A DNA stretch of 57,712 nucleotides from an uncultured Candidatus Binatia bacterium (GTDB taxonomy: Bacteria > Desulfobacterota > Binatia > UBA9968 > JAJDTQ01). Position 1 is the stretch's first letter; every line of letters begins with the position of its first letter. Location of the stretch: NCBI GenBank assembly GCA_965213675.1, contig CBDCAF010000020.1, forward strand, positions 1-57,712, read 5' to 3'. The notes beneath the pieces were generated by a model. The model did no database searches and was not told the origin of the DNA. It saw only the letters and a list, made by a program, of their open reading frames with translations. Below are positions 31,301-42,600 of the stretch, piece after piece. A program made the translations under genes and the position numbers.

Positions 31301-32788
31301 ATGCGGTAGCGTGCCGCGAGGTGGCCCTCATGGGCCTGCCCTGCCAGTACGACGCTTTCGAGCTGCGCGTCGGACAGGAGGCCGTCGGTAACGGCGTTCC
31401 GGCAGCATGGGGCGGTAGGACGGCGTCGGATGAGGAACGGCGGCCATTGCGGCGGACTGGACCAGGGGCGTCGGATGGGCGACAGCGCCCGGAACCCGGA
31501 CGGCGCCCGGCCGCCAGGGCTCGTAGGGTCCTGAGCCAGCGGAACGGGCGTCGGCGGCGGAATCCGCCGGACCGGTCTCGATCGCCAGCTCGGACACCGG
31601 CCCCCAGTCATGGGCTGGGCTGGATGCGGGCGTCTCGGGCACGGCCCGGCGCTTCGGCCGGCGTGGCGCGGCCGTATTGCCGAAGAGGCCCCGGGCAGGC
31701 GCGGGTCCGGCGGTACGGACCTCCACAGGCAGGCGCGGCGGAACCCGGTCGATGACGGCGTCGAGCAGCTCTCCGGCAGTGGCGGCGCGAGCGTGGGGAT
31801 CGACCTTGATGCCGGCTCGGTCCGTCCGGTCGAGCACGGTGAGCCGGGTGTCGAAGCCGGTGCCCCGGCGGGCGTAGACGCGGCCGTCGACGATCATGGT
31901 GAACACGACCCGGGCGGACGGATCGACGCGCCCGAAGGCGCCGTTCCACTCGGAATCGCCCGGAATGCAGTTGGCCGATGTGACGGCCACGAGCCGGCCG
32001 CCCGGCGGCAGCATGCTGAAGGCCGAGCGCAGGTGCCGGAGGTCGGCGTCGTGGCGGATGCGGTGAACTCCCGGAGTTGCCGAGAAGGGCGGGTTCATGA
32101 TGACGGCGGTGGGCCGGATGCCCGGCAGACGGTCGGCGGCGTTCTCCGCGTTTACGCCGGTGATCACGGCGCCCGGGAAGAGGCGGCACAGGAGTGCGCG
32201 GCGGACGGCCGCGATCTCGTTCAGATAAAGGTTCCCGGATGCGCGGCTCCCCAGGGCGCATTCCGCCATGACCGCCAGCATGCCCGTGCCGGCGGACGGC
32301 TCCAGGACGGTGTCGCCGGGGCGGATGGCGGCGGCCTGCAAGGCCGCGTAGGCCAGCGGCAGGGGCGTCGAGAATTGCTGAAGGCGGACCTGCTCTTCGG
32401 AGCGCCTGGTGTGGGAGGGCTCCAGCGCGGCCACGGCTTCGAGCATCCTGAGCATGGCGGAGGGTCCTTCCGGGCCGGCGCCGGCGTGGCGGCGCATGGC
32501 CCGGCCGTGGCGGCGGATGAACAGCACGACCGCGGCCTCGGCAGCCTCGTAGGCGTCCTTCCAGACCCAGGCGCCCCGGGCGTCGTCCTCGCCGAAAGCG
32601 CGTGTCATGGCGTCGCGCAGGGTCGCGGCGTCGAGCGGCCGGCCGTCCTCCAGGACCGGCAGAAGGGTTTCGGCGGCGGTGTGGAGCGCTTCACTGGCGG
32701 AAAGGCGGGGAGCGGCTGGAGGGGCGGGAAGCGTGTGGGGAACGGGCAGGCGCGCGGATGCCTCCGGCACCGTATGGGCGTCGAGCAT
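28323..32788 (-). pseudogene. Strawberry-notch family methyltransferase-helicase, disrupted
   Basis: QQFSTP, LEPSAGTG, NPPF; GDGTGCGKGRQ, DEAH, SATG, GGTGRSYH, QGLGRTHR; frameshifts near 31395 and 30750, in-frame TAG at 29604-29606. Confidence 0.88.
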
Positions 32789-32910
32789 GGAGCCTTCCTT
32801 CCTGGAATTGGGTGGAAATGCCGGGGTTCGGCCTGCATCGAGCCGGCTGCTCCGGTTCACCGCGGGTGTCGGGTGGATGGCCGGTGACGGGACGGCAGGT
32901 CAGCGACAGC

Positions 32911-33492
32911 TCACAGCAATCCTTCCTGCCTGAAGCTGAAGAACCGGCCGTGGCCGCAGACGACGTGGTCGTGGACCCGGATCCCCATCACCTCGCCCAC
33001 CTGCCGGAGCCGGTGGGTGATCTCCACATCCTCGCGCGAAGGGGCAGGATCGCCGCTGGGATGCTGATGGGTAAAGATGACCGAAGCGGCGCTCTCACGG
33101 ATGACGGGGCGGAAGCACTCGCGCGGATGTACCACGGAGGCGGAGAGGCTTCCCGTGGACACCCGGTGGTGACGGATGAGCCTGTTGCGGTTGTCCATCA
33201 TCAGGACATCGAAGTGCTCCCGGTACTCGTTCACGTACCGCGGGCGCATGTAGCGGTAGGCCTCCTCCGGAGAGCTGAGGGTGGGAGCGTCGCCGTGGAG
33301 GGAGGATTCGGCTTCGAGGAGCTGGCGTCCCAGGTCGAACGCGGCCTTGACCCTGCCGGCCTGCGCCTGGGTGAGTCCGTGTTGTCGCAGTTCCCGGACG
33401 GCCATGGAGTCGAGGTCGAGCAGGGAGAGGCCGGTGAGCCTGCTCGTGCCGTTCGCGCCGATCAATGCTTCCATCGGGTTCGGGGTGTCCAT
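32911..33492 (-). CDS. radC: RadC/JAB domain protein
   Basis: EHF, GSLSASVVHPRE, HQHPSGDPAPSRED, VHDHVV; start trimmed. Confidence 0.92.
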   Translation of the reverse strand: MDTPNPMEALIGANGTSRLTGLSLLDLDSMAVRELRQHGLTQAQAGRVKAAFDLGRQLLEAESSLHGDAPTLSSPEEAYRYMRPRYVNEYREHFDVLMMDNRNRLIRHHRVSTGSLSASVVHPRECFRPVIRESAASVIFTHQHPSGDPAPSREDVEITHRLRQVGEVMGIRVHDHVVCGHGRFFSFRQEGLL

Positions 33493-33668
33493 GCAGCGCT
33501 TCTCCTTGTGGCGGGTGAATGTCGCCGGCGGGCAACGGCCGCTCCCGCGCCCGCGCCCGCGCCGCTCCGCCACCGGAAAGCCGGGCTCGGCTCCGGACGG
33601 AGCAGGGCACTGATGTGTGGCAAGGGTGGAATGCCGGCCGGCCCAAAAGAGCCGTTCGGCCAACGTGC

Positions 33669-35423
33669 TCAGGTGGCGGCTTTGGCGGGATCGCCCAGAA
33701 CGACCCGGACGTCGGGCCGGCGGATGGAGACCTCCACCTTGCGGCCGTTGGGAACGAGGTGGAGGATCTCCCGGCGGACGGTCTCGGCGATGGAGAGTTC
33801 GAGCGCGGAGTCCTCGCTGCAAAGGAGCCTGGTGGCGATGTGGAGCGCGTCCTCGTCGAACCGCTGGGCCTGCGTGGACCAACTGTCAGCGTCTGCGTCG
33901 TCCGAGGCGATGAAGTAGCCCCGGCGCAAGATCTCCGCGAGTTGGTGTGGTTCCAGGGCGCTGTCCCTTGTCACGAGCGGCAACGCGTCGCCGATCTAGC
34001 TCCAGGGCTCGCCAGCGAAGGCGAGATCGGCAGGAAGATGAAGAGTCGGGCTGGAGCCGCCAGCGGTCCTGACCAATAGCGCCACGCGGATCGCCGCGGG
34101 ACGCGGAGGTAAGGGGGTCACTTCAGTCTCCTTGTGACCGGGCATGGGGAAGTCCCGGAGCGGCCACGCCTTGCCATGAGAGTCGGTGACCTCGGTGTCG
34201 ATGCCCGTGACGCGGTCGAGGCGGTTATACCACTCGTAGCCGTCGAGGCGCCTGTCGGCTTCGAAGAGCCTCCCGGCCAAGCCCGCGTGTTCTGCCGCGC
34301 GCCACAGCGCCTGCGCCTCGGGGGGCTCGGGATCGCAGTCCATCACCAACGCGTCGGGGCCGGCGGGCGCGGGCTTCGGAGGCTCCCGCCAGTCGTCGAT
34401 GTCCGCGATGGCGGGACGCCAGGGACGGAGAACCTGGGGAGGCGGCGCGAGGTCGATCCCGGCGCCGCGCGCCCGCGTCCAGTCGGCGAAAGCGGGACGG
34501 GGCTCGGAGTCGGCGGCCATGGCGCGGTAGATCGCCAGACGGGCGGCCTGGCGCATCTCGGCCAGAAAGGCATTCTCCACCGCTTCGCGGCGGGCGGGCA
34601 GCACGAGTTCGAGTCCGGGGCAGTCCACGACGTCGGCGCGGACGGACCAGTTGGAGCCGTGAACGGTCTCGACCGTGGGCAGGCGCGCGGGCACGGTCAG
34701 CCCGAAGAAATTGAGGTCGGGCTCCATGTAGCTCCGCCTGCGGTCCCGGTAGACGCCGAAGGCGAGTCCGTTCCATGCCTCGGCATGGACGGCGCCGTCG
34801 AGGAAGGCCTTGCGTTCAATCGCCTCGCCTTCGAACGTGACCGGTAGCGGAAAATGGCGCGCCGCACTGGCGAGGGCGGCGCGGATCATGTCGGCGGACT
34901 CGGCAGCCTCGAACCGTATGGCCGTGCCGGATGGATAGGGCGCGCTGTCGTCGCGCCGGACCAGGGCGTCGCTTTGGCCCGTGAAGTGCTCTGGTGCGAG
35001 GTCCACCGACCAGCCGTATTCGACTTCGCCGCCGGGCGTGCGTGGGCGCGAGCATATCCGGCAGCCGCGGTGTGCGAGGCTCAGGATCCCCATGCCGGCG
35101 GCGTCCTCTCGGGCCACAAGGTCGTCGGACCAGCCGTTCTCGCCGAAGCTCAACAGGACGGCAGGGTCCTCGATGCCGGCCCCGTCGTCGGTGACGGTCA
35201 CCGCAAGGCGTGGCTCGGACGGCTCGGGCGCACGGCCGGCGCCCTTGGTGAGTGCCTCCACGGTGACGTGGATGCGGGTCGCGCCGGCTCGACGCGAGTT
35301 CTGGAGGGTTTCGAGGAAGATTTCGATCGGGCGGGACGCCCAGAACTTCGTGACGCGCTTGAGCGCGCTTTGGTGGACCCGGGCGCGGATGGTCGCAACG
35401 GGCGGATTGGCGGTGCGGGTCAT
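33669..35423 (-). pseudogene. GHKL (HATPase_c) domain protein split by one in-frame TAG
   Basis: ETLQNSRRAGA, DDGAGI, AGMG, GT; frame continues past TAG at 33996-33998 into 33669..33983. Confidence 0.75.
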
Positions 35424-35446
35424 GCGGTGCCTCCATTTTGGATGAG

Positions 35447-35493
35447 AAAACGCAAGCGCCCCGCCCCGCACACCGCGGGGCGGGGCGCTTGCG
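35447..35493 (-). terminator. Long GC hairpin/terminator after parB
   Basis: Perfect 19-bp stem, 5-nt loop, then TTTT on the minus strand. Confidence 0.75.
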
Positions 35494-35506
35494 GGCAGAA
35501 GACGGT

Positions 35507-37807
35507 TCAGACGCGGCGGAGGAACTCGGGGATGTCGAGCCCTTGGCCGTTGTCATGCCCGTTGGCGGCACGGACCACGGCATCGCCGTTGACGGCAATG
35601 GTCGCGCCGCTGGGTTCGGCCGACTCTGGAGGCTCGATGCTTTCGATTACGGGCCTCGGCGGATCGGCGGGCGCGGCTGCGCTCTCCGGTTCCACCTGCT
35701 CGGTTGTGTCGGCGTCTTCCGGTTCCGGGGCTGCAGAAACCCATGACTCGTCTGCCGTCGTGTCCGCACCGGCATCCTCGACGCCGGCGCGGCCCGCGTC
35801 GAACGCCTTGAAGCCGGGCGGCGTCCAGGCCAGCGCCGCCGCGTGGGCGTCGGCGGTGACGCCGACCGGGGGCGTGCCGGCAGCGAACGCTTCTTCCATC
35901 GCCTTGACGAGCGCGGTCTTCTTGCTCTTGGCCCTTGCCGAGGCCCATGCCGGTCCCAGGGTCTCCCTGGCGATGTCGAGGATGCGGCCCTTGTTGATGC
36001 GCGACCACAGCATGTCCGCTGTCGGGCGCACTTGGCCCGCGAAGTCGATGCCGAGCCGCGCGACGGTGGCCTCCAGCTCCGGACGCGCCCCAGGCTCGAA
36101 GGCCAGCTGGCCCTTCACCGTGCGCGCCACCGCAGCGGCGAACGATGCTTGCTTGTCGGCCTGCGGCAACGCCCGGAGCGCCGCGAAGGATTCCCGGTCG
36201 TCCTCGATGGTCAACCAGTCCAGCGGCAGGCCGGAGCGGTCGGCCAGCATGGCCTCGCCCGGGCTCCAGGCGCCGAAGTCCTCGTCGTTCATGCGCGTCG
36301 TGGGACGGTCGGCGGTCTCCTTGATGGCGATGTCGAGGGCGTGGGCCTGGGAGCCGTGGGTGAACACGGAGCGGCCGAGCTGGAAGAGCATGAGATCGAA
36401 GGCCGCCTCGAAGTCCTCGCCCAGATGCGCCTTGACCAGGGCCGTGCGGATCGATCGGAGATCGTCCGAGAGCCCGATCCCCATTCCTGCCTCCTTGCGC
36501 GCTTCCGCCCCGGGATCCGGAGCCGGGGCCATGGGACCGGAGATGGACGGTCCCCGGAGCCGGTCGGACCCCGTGACGTCGCCGCCGCCATCGGCCTCAC
36601 CGCCGTTGCTCTCGCCGGCATCGGCTGGCTTGGGCATGTCCCCGGGACGGATCAGTCCCTTGATCACCTGGAGTTTGCCGTCCCGGCCGATGGTAGCGAT
36701 GCAGCCCGCGATCGCGTAGTCCTCCGCCTGGTAGGCGGCCCGGGCCTCGATCGCCGCGTGGATCTCGTCCGTGCGGGTCTCGATGGCGCAGGCCTCCTCG
36801 CCGAGTTGCTCGGTCCACTCGTCCTCGTCGAGATCGCAGAGTTCGTCCTCGCGGGAGCGCAGACGCTCCAGTTCCGATGCCTCCTCGTCCGTGGGCGTGG
36901 CGGGCTCCGGCTGGATGCGCCCGTAGCGCGCAAGCTCGCTCCAGTCGACCTCCGGCACGGCCGTTGCCCAGCGCCAGCGGGTCACCAGGTCCTTCGCGGT
37001 GTCGTCCAGCTTCTGCATGGCGAGATTGTTCAGCAGCACCGGGTCCACCAGCCAGACGCCGCTCTCGTCCTCGTCGGAGAAGAGGTCCCGCAACACCGCT
37101 CCGCCCGCGGCCTCGTAGGTGCCGACCCCCACGAAGTGCGCCACGGCGGAGTTGGCCGGGACCCGGTCCTGGGTGAGGAGCCGCTTTACCTGCCAGGCGG
37201 TGGGGCGGTAGCCCTGGTTGGCCACCTGCTCGAAGACCGCCATCTGGCGGCGGTGGTCGGTGGTGACGGCGAAGCCCTTGAGCGTCTCCAGGTCGATCGT
37301 GCCGTCCCGGTAGGCGTGGAGCAGTTCGGGCGCGGCGTTGCCGAGCCGAAGACGCTGTTCGACCAGGCGCTCGGAGATGCCGAAGCGGGCCGCGATGGAG
37401 GACACGGTTGAGCCGGACTCGGCCAGGTCCCTGAACGCCGCCACCTGATCGGCCGGATGCATGGCGATGCGTATGACGTTCTCGGCGAGCGACAGTTCGC
37501 TTGACGAGGCGTTGCTGTCGACCACCATGCAAGGCACCGGGTGGGCGGCATCGAGCACGCCGTCCGCGGCGAGAGCCTTGAGCGCCGCGAGGCGGCGACC
37601 GCCCGCGACCACGGCGTAGCCGCCGTCCGGGCCTTCGCTTCGGACGACGAGGTTCTCCAGGAGTCCGTGGGACGCGATGGATGCCTCGAGCTCGGCCTCG
37701 GCCGCCGCGTCGGACGGTGTCTTGCGCACGTTCTCGGGCGCGACGGAGAGTTGGTCGAGGGCGATCGGGCGGATCGCCGAATCGTGGATGGGAGCGGTAT
37801 GGTTCAT
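35507..37807 (-). CDS. Large ParB N-terminal domain protein (ICE/plasmid type)
   Basis: ENVRK, GLLENLVV, AGGRRL, SLAENVIRIAMHPADQ; RBS AAGGAGG; start trimmed. Confidence 0.9.
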   Translation of the reverse strand: MNHTAPIHDSAIRPIALDQLSVAPENVRKTPSDAAAEAELEASIASHGLLENLVVRSEGPDGGYAVVAGGRRLAALKALAADGVLDAAHPVPCMVVDSNASSSELSLAENVIRIAMHPADQVAAFRDLAESGSTVSSIAARFGISERLVEQRLRLGNAAPELLHAYRDGTIDLETLKGFAVTTDHRRQMAVFEQVANQGYRPTAWQVKRLLTQDRVPANSAVAHFVGVGTYEAAGGAVLRDLFSDEDESGVWLVDPVLLNNLAMQKLDDTAKDLVTRWRWATAVPEVDWSELARYGRIQPEPATPTDEEASELERLRSREDELCDLDEDEWTEQLGEEACAIETRTDEIHAAIEARAAYQAEDYAIAGCIATIGRDGKLQVIKGLIRPGDMPKPADAGESNGGEADGGGDVTGSDRLRGPSISGPMAPAPDPGAEARKEAGMGIGLSDDLRSIRTALVKAHLGEDFEAAFDLMLFQLGRSVFTHGSQAHALDIAIKETADRPTTRMNDEDFGAWSPGEAMLADRSGLPLDWLTIEDDRESFAALRALPQADKQASFAAAVARTVKGQLAFEPGARPELEATVARLGIDFAGQVRPTADMLWSRINKGRILDIARETLGPAWASARAKSKKTALVKAMEEAFAAGTPPVGVTADAHAAALAWTPPGFKAFDAGRAGVEDAGADTTADESWVSAAPEPEDADTTEQVEPESAAAPADPPRPVIESIEPPESAEPSGATIAVNGDAVVRAANGHDNGQGLDIPEFLRRV

Positions 37808-37941
37808 GTGTCCTCCTTGCATGGGATGATGGACGGGGCTCTCTCCAGCCGTGTTCCGCCGCCGGACCCTGAGCCAGACTCCGCCTCCGGGCGGTGTCCG
37901 TAGTAGACGGGGTGGCGGCGCGGACCGTGAATAGTCCTGAC

Positions 37942-38796
37942 TCATGGCCCGGCGCTCTCTTCGGCAAGGAGCCGGTCGGAGAGGCTGGGCGTTCCGGCGG
38001 CGGAATCGGCCGGAATGCCGGTGAGATCCGGAAGCGCGACGCCGGACGGCGACAACGTGTGGCCGATGCGTTTCTCGAGCGCCGCGTAGCGGCGGTAGAG
38101 CCCGGGGCGAAGCTCGGCGGCGCGGCGCATGGCGGAACTGGATGAGAAAATACAAAAGGAGCAAGAGCACCTCGACATCCCCCGCGCATACACCCAGTGC
38201 GGCGACTGGCCGGCGTCGCGGATGATCCGGAACACGTCGTCGGTGGTCAGATCGAAGATCGGTAGCCAGTCGAACCATTCCCGGCCGGCACGGGAGTTGC
38301 GGTCGCTGCGCGTCCAGGGGATGCGTTTGGACCGCGCATTGCTCTCGTCGCGTCGGATTCCGATGGCGCTGACGATGCGCCCGCCGAAGCGGGGGTGGGC
38401 CTTCAGGTAGCGGCGAAGTTCGCGTTCGATGGGCGAACGCTTCCAAGTGGCCGTGCACCACCGCAACTGGGGTCCGGAGAACATGCCCCTTTCCTCGATG
38501 CCATCGAGAAGCGACTTGCCGGACGCCACGCGCGCGAGTATCAGCGGAACGCCGGCGGGCATGGTGTTCTCGATGTGCTCGACCGTGCCGGGCCACTCGA
38601 CCTCTCTGAGCGGAGCATGGACCACCACGAGCTGGTCGCGGGGCACGGTCCGGGCGAGGAGGATGGTCATGGATTGGCTATCCTTGCCCCCTGACGAATT
38701 GACAGCAACGAGCGCGCCCCGGCGGATCATGTCGCGGCACTCGGGCGGGATGTGGATGTCAGCGGGTCTGCGGCCGCGTGGCGGGCGCCCGCTCAT
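37942..38796 (-). CDS. PAPS-reductase family (PP-loop) protein
   Basis: SSGGKDS, RWCT, GIRRDESNAR, LPI, RCSCSFC; start trimmed to ATG overlapping the upstream stop. Confidence 0.88.
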   Translation of the reverse strand: MSGRPPRGRRPADIHIPPECRDMIRRGALVAVNSSGGKDSQSMTILLARTVPRDQLVVVHAPLREVEWPGTVEHIENTMPAGVPLILARVASGKSLLDGIEERGMFSGPQLRWCTATWKRSPIERELRRYLKAHPRFGGRIVSAIGIRRDESNARSKRIPWTRSDRNSRAGREWFDWLPIFDLTTDDVFRIIRDAGQSPHWVYARGMSRCSCSFCIFSSSSAMRRAAELRPGLYRRYAALEKRIGHTLSPSGVALPDLTGIPADSAAGTPSLSDRLLAEESAGP

Positions 38797-39035
38797 GCCC
38801 GGCGCCCTTCGTGGTCCGTCAAAATCATCGCCGGGGTCGGGCAGACGAAGAGGGGGCTGATGAGATATTCCGGATCGCCGCCGTCCTGAGCGGGGAGACT
38901 GACGGTGACCGCGGCAATGGCCGCGGTTGCTTCGCCGTCGACGAAGCACGAGACGAGGCAAAAGTTGTCGAACCGGCCCCTGGCCAGGGCCTCGAACGCG
39001 CGGCGGTGTTCCTCTGTAATGTTGGTGTGGGGCAT
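38793..39035 (-). CDS. Small hypothetical protein
   Basis: MPHTNITEEHRRAFEAL...ISPLFV; coupled to the PAPS-reductase gene. Confidence 0.65.
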   Translation of the reverse strand: MPHTNITEEHRRAFEALARGRFDNFCLVSCFVDGEATAAIAAVTVSLPAQDGGDPEYLISPLFVCPTPAMILTDHEGRRA

Positions 39036-39123
39036 GGCGGCGACTTCCGTGGGAGTGGCGTGGGGGAGCCCGTCCTCGGGCCCCGGGACTCGCCCGGCCC
39101 GCGCCGCTCGCCACCTCCCGGCG
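39001..39123 (+). repeat. Diverged direct repeat, copy 1
   Basis: Aligns by eye with 46234..46359. Confidence 0.75.
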
Positions 39124-39677
39124 GCGGGCGGAAGCACCAGGTGGATGTATGGCTGGGGACCGGACGGCCACGCGGATCCAGGCCATGACCGCCCGATACT
39201 GCTGATAAGTCATTCACAAGCCGCAGTGGATGCGGGGACGGACTCGTCGGCGGTCGCCTCGACTTTGTCACGCGAGAGCTTGCGAAAGGGAACACATCGA
39301 GAACTCGGCCTCGCTGTCGGCGTTTCCGTGGTCTTCGCGCGTGGAATTTCGATGACGGTGTGGTCCGGGGGGTGAAGCGGTAGCGCGTGAAGTGATCCGA
39401 GTGGGAATACGAAGATCTCGCGCAGGGCCACCAACGGCTGACTCCCTGCGAGAAGCCACCGTGCGCCCGTCCAACACGTCTCACTCGCAACTCGACCGGA
39501 CCAGAAGGACGTGTTAAACAGGACCCTGGCGGCGAGATCCTGTCAACGGAATACGCCTTAGCTCGGCCACTTTCCTGTACATCAATAGAGGACTACCTTA
39601 GGTATCTACTGGGACTTGGAGACACTCCATCGCTTATTTTGTCCCTTGTTTGTCCGGGAAAAGAGCTGACGGAACAT

Positions 39678-42600
39678 ATGGCTGGCGAAAAGAGGCAGAT
39701 CTTCACTGCACAACGGGTGGACCCGCGAGAGCCTGAACTATCGCAGAGTACATCGGCACGGTTCTCTCCTGGAGATGTAGTGAGACTCCGTGCAGATCCC
39801 GAGCAGTCCGGTGTCGTTACACACGTCCATCCCGTGGGGCAGGAAACGCGTTATCAGGTCTTCATCGACGGAAATGTTGGCTCCTTCTACGAAAGCCAGC
39901 TTGAGCTTGCAAGAGCAACGTCGGAGACGGATTCGGTCGTCCCGCTTGCGGAATTCCATGCGTGTCTGACCGCGTTACAGCTCCTCCATCCGAGTGTGTC
40001 GAAACTCTATTCACTCCACGCAGCGCGAATTGACTGCATTCCTTACCAGTTCCGTCCCGTTCTGAAGTTTATCCAAACCGACCGGCCCCGGTTGCTGATT
40101 GCCGACAGCGTTGGCGTAGGGAAGACGATTGAAGCCGGTCTGATTCTGCGGGAGTTGCAAGCGCGTCGTGACATGCGCCGTGTCCTAATAATCTGTCCGC
40201 GCCCGCTCATGACGGAGCAGAAGTGGCGCCTTGAGATGAAGCGGTTCGACGAGAGCTTCGTGCATCTCGACGGCCCGAAGTTGCGATACTGCATTTCGGA
40301 AACGGATCTCGACGGCGAATGGCCCCAGCAGTACGAGAAGGCAATTTTACCGTTCTCACTTCTCACGGAGGAGTTCCTGCATGGGCGAGGTACGGCGAAG
40401 GGGCTTCTCGACTTGGACCCGCCGCCGCAGTTCGATTTGGTCATCGTCGATGAGGCACACCACATCCGTAACGCAGAGACTCAGCGCCATCAAGCGGTCC
40501 GCTTTTTTTGCGATAACGCCGAAGCCGTTCTTTTCCTTACGGCTACCCCCATACAACTGGGTGAACATGACCTGTACGTGCTTCTTAACGCCCTTCGCCC
40601 TGATGTTGTCATCGATCATGCCGGTTACACGGCAATGGTGGAACCTAATGCGCACATCAATGAAGCTGCACTCATTGCCCGAGCCGGAGAGCCGGGTTGG
40701 GTTGGCAAGTCACAGGATGCATTAGGCCGCGCTGCCGAGACTCCGTGGGGGAAGACCGTCCTACGAGAGAACCCGCGTTTTCAGAACCTGTGCGACGCGC
40801 TAGGTGACTTCGGCGACGAGCGGTCTGGACGAGTTCAGGCTATACGCGAGATCGAACAGCTGCACACGTTGTCCGGCCTAATGAACCGAACGCTGCGCCG
40901 CGATATCGGCGAGTTCACTCAGCGCAAGCCCGAAACGGTGACCATAGACTTCACACCAGCGCAACGCGAACTACATGACGCGGTGCTGGCCGCTCAGGCC
41001 TCGATCTATGCGGCCATCCACGGTGACCGGTCGGTGAACTTCCTGTTGACCACGATACGCCGACAGGCCGCCAGCTGTATCCACGGTCTGGCTCCGCTTC
41101 TCCGTGACATCCTTACCCGGAGAATCGGAGGGCTGGAATGGGACGACTTGGCGGACGCTGAGGGGGCACCAGTAGGTGCTGACGATGCCGTTTCGAAGAT
41201 TAAAGCCCTAGTGAACGATGCACTCGCCTTGGCTGAGAAACTACCGCCCGATCCGGTCGGGGACCCTAAGTTCCAGGCTCTACGAAGAGTGTTAGAACAG
41301 AAGAAAGCGCTCACCAACAACAAGGTGATGTTGTTCAGCACCTTCCGCCACACCCTAGCCTATCTCTATGAGGCCCTCCGAGAAGCTGGATGCCGGGTAG
41401 GGCTCATTCATGGAGGCGTCGAGGATGATGAACGTATTGCATTCCGCGCGCGCTTCGAAATGGATCAAATGGCCCCCGAGGCTCTCGATGTCCTTCTTTT
41501 CTCCGAAGTGGGATGCGAGGGTCTTGACTACCAGTTCTGCGACTGCATTGTGAACTACGATCTTCCCTGGAACCCTATGCGCATCGACCAACGCATCGGG
41601 CGCATCGACCGGTGGGGTCAGGCGAGTGCAGCCGTTGCTATCTACAACTTGATAACGCCTGGCACAATTGACGCTGAAATCTACGATCGCTGTCTTCTCC
41701 GAATCGGCGTCTTTGAACGTGCCTTGGGAGCAAACGAGGTAATCCTCGGTGAAGTCACGCGGGAACTCACGAGCGTCGGTGAGAACTTAACGCTTACCGA
41801 GGAAGAACGGCAAGCAAAGCTCGACCAGCTAGCGGACAACAGCATCCGCCTAGTCACCGAACAGCGGGAACTAGAGAACCGTCAGACGGAGCTGTTCGGT
41901 TTACGGCCACCCGCGGATCAGTTCCAGCAAGATGTGGATGACGCTACAAGTTACTGGTTGACCCCAGACTCTATCGACCGGCTCGTCACGCACTATCTGA
42001 AATCCGTCACGGGAAAAGAAGGGACCCCGGTCCTCGGCAAAGGGCCGAAGAAGACCCTGCGCGTTTCCAGATCGGGGCGGGATGCGCTGCTGGCTGACTT
42101 CGGCAAGCTAACAAGCCGCACCGCCACCGTCGCGAGGGAGTGGGAAATGTGGCTGAAGGGAACGGAGCCCAATCTCTCGGTGACTTACGATTCGGCCTGC
42201 GCGAAGGGTGATAGAAGCGTGACCCTGATTACTCCGGTCCATCCGCTAGCGCTTCAGGCCGCCCACGCGTTGGGAGCCGTGGGCCGGGGACGCCCATTGA
42301 CCGCCATCGAGGTTTCAGCCCCCAAGGTTGTTCCGGGTGATTATCCATTTGCTGTTTACCAGTGGCAGTTTCACGGCATTCGCAACGACGTCGACTTTCA
42401 ACCGGTGACTACGCAGACCGAATTGACGGCCCAGTTTACGCAGCTCTTGCCGGGCGCCAAGGAATGCACGCTACCTGTTGGGGGTCTATCTGCAAATGAC
42501 CGGAACAGTATCGAGGAGGAGCACTACCGGTTGTGGTCCGATGCCCGCGCCGAGCATGTTGAAGAAACCAATCGACTAGCCGATTTCCGGCGCGGGAGCC

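Noticed and set aside
29604-33998. TAG stop-codon reassignment
   Set aside because: TAG terminates ordinary genes here (e.g. dcm), and one affected gene also has frameshifts
35507-38596. 1029-aa ParB ORF as a fusion
   Set aside because: The extension overlaps the PAPS-reductase gene out of frame; a strong SD supports the start at 37807
37942-38796. Calling a Dnd/Ssp phosphorothioation system
   Set aside because: No DndA/B/D/E or SspB/C/E homologs are visible
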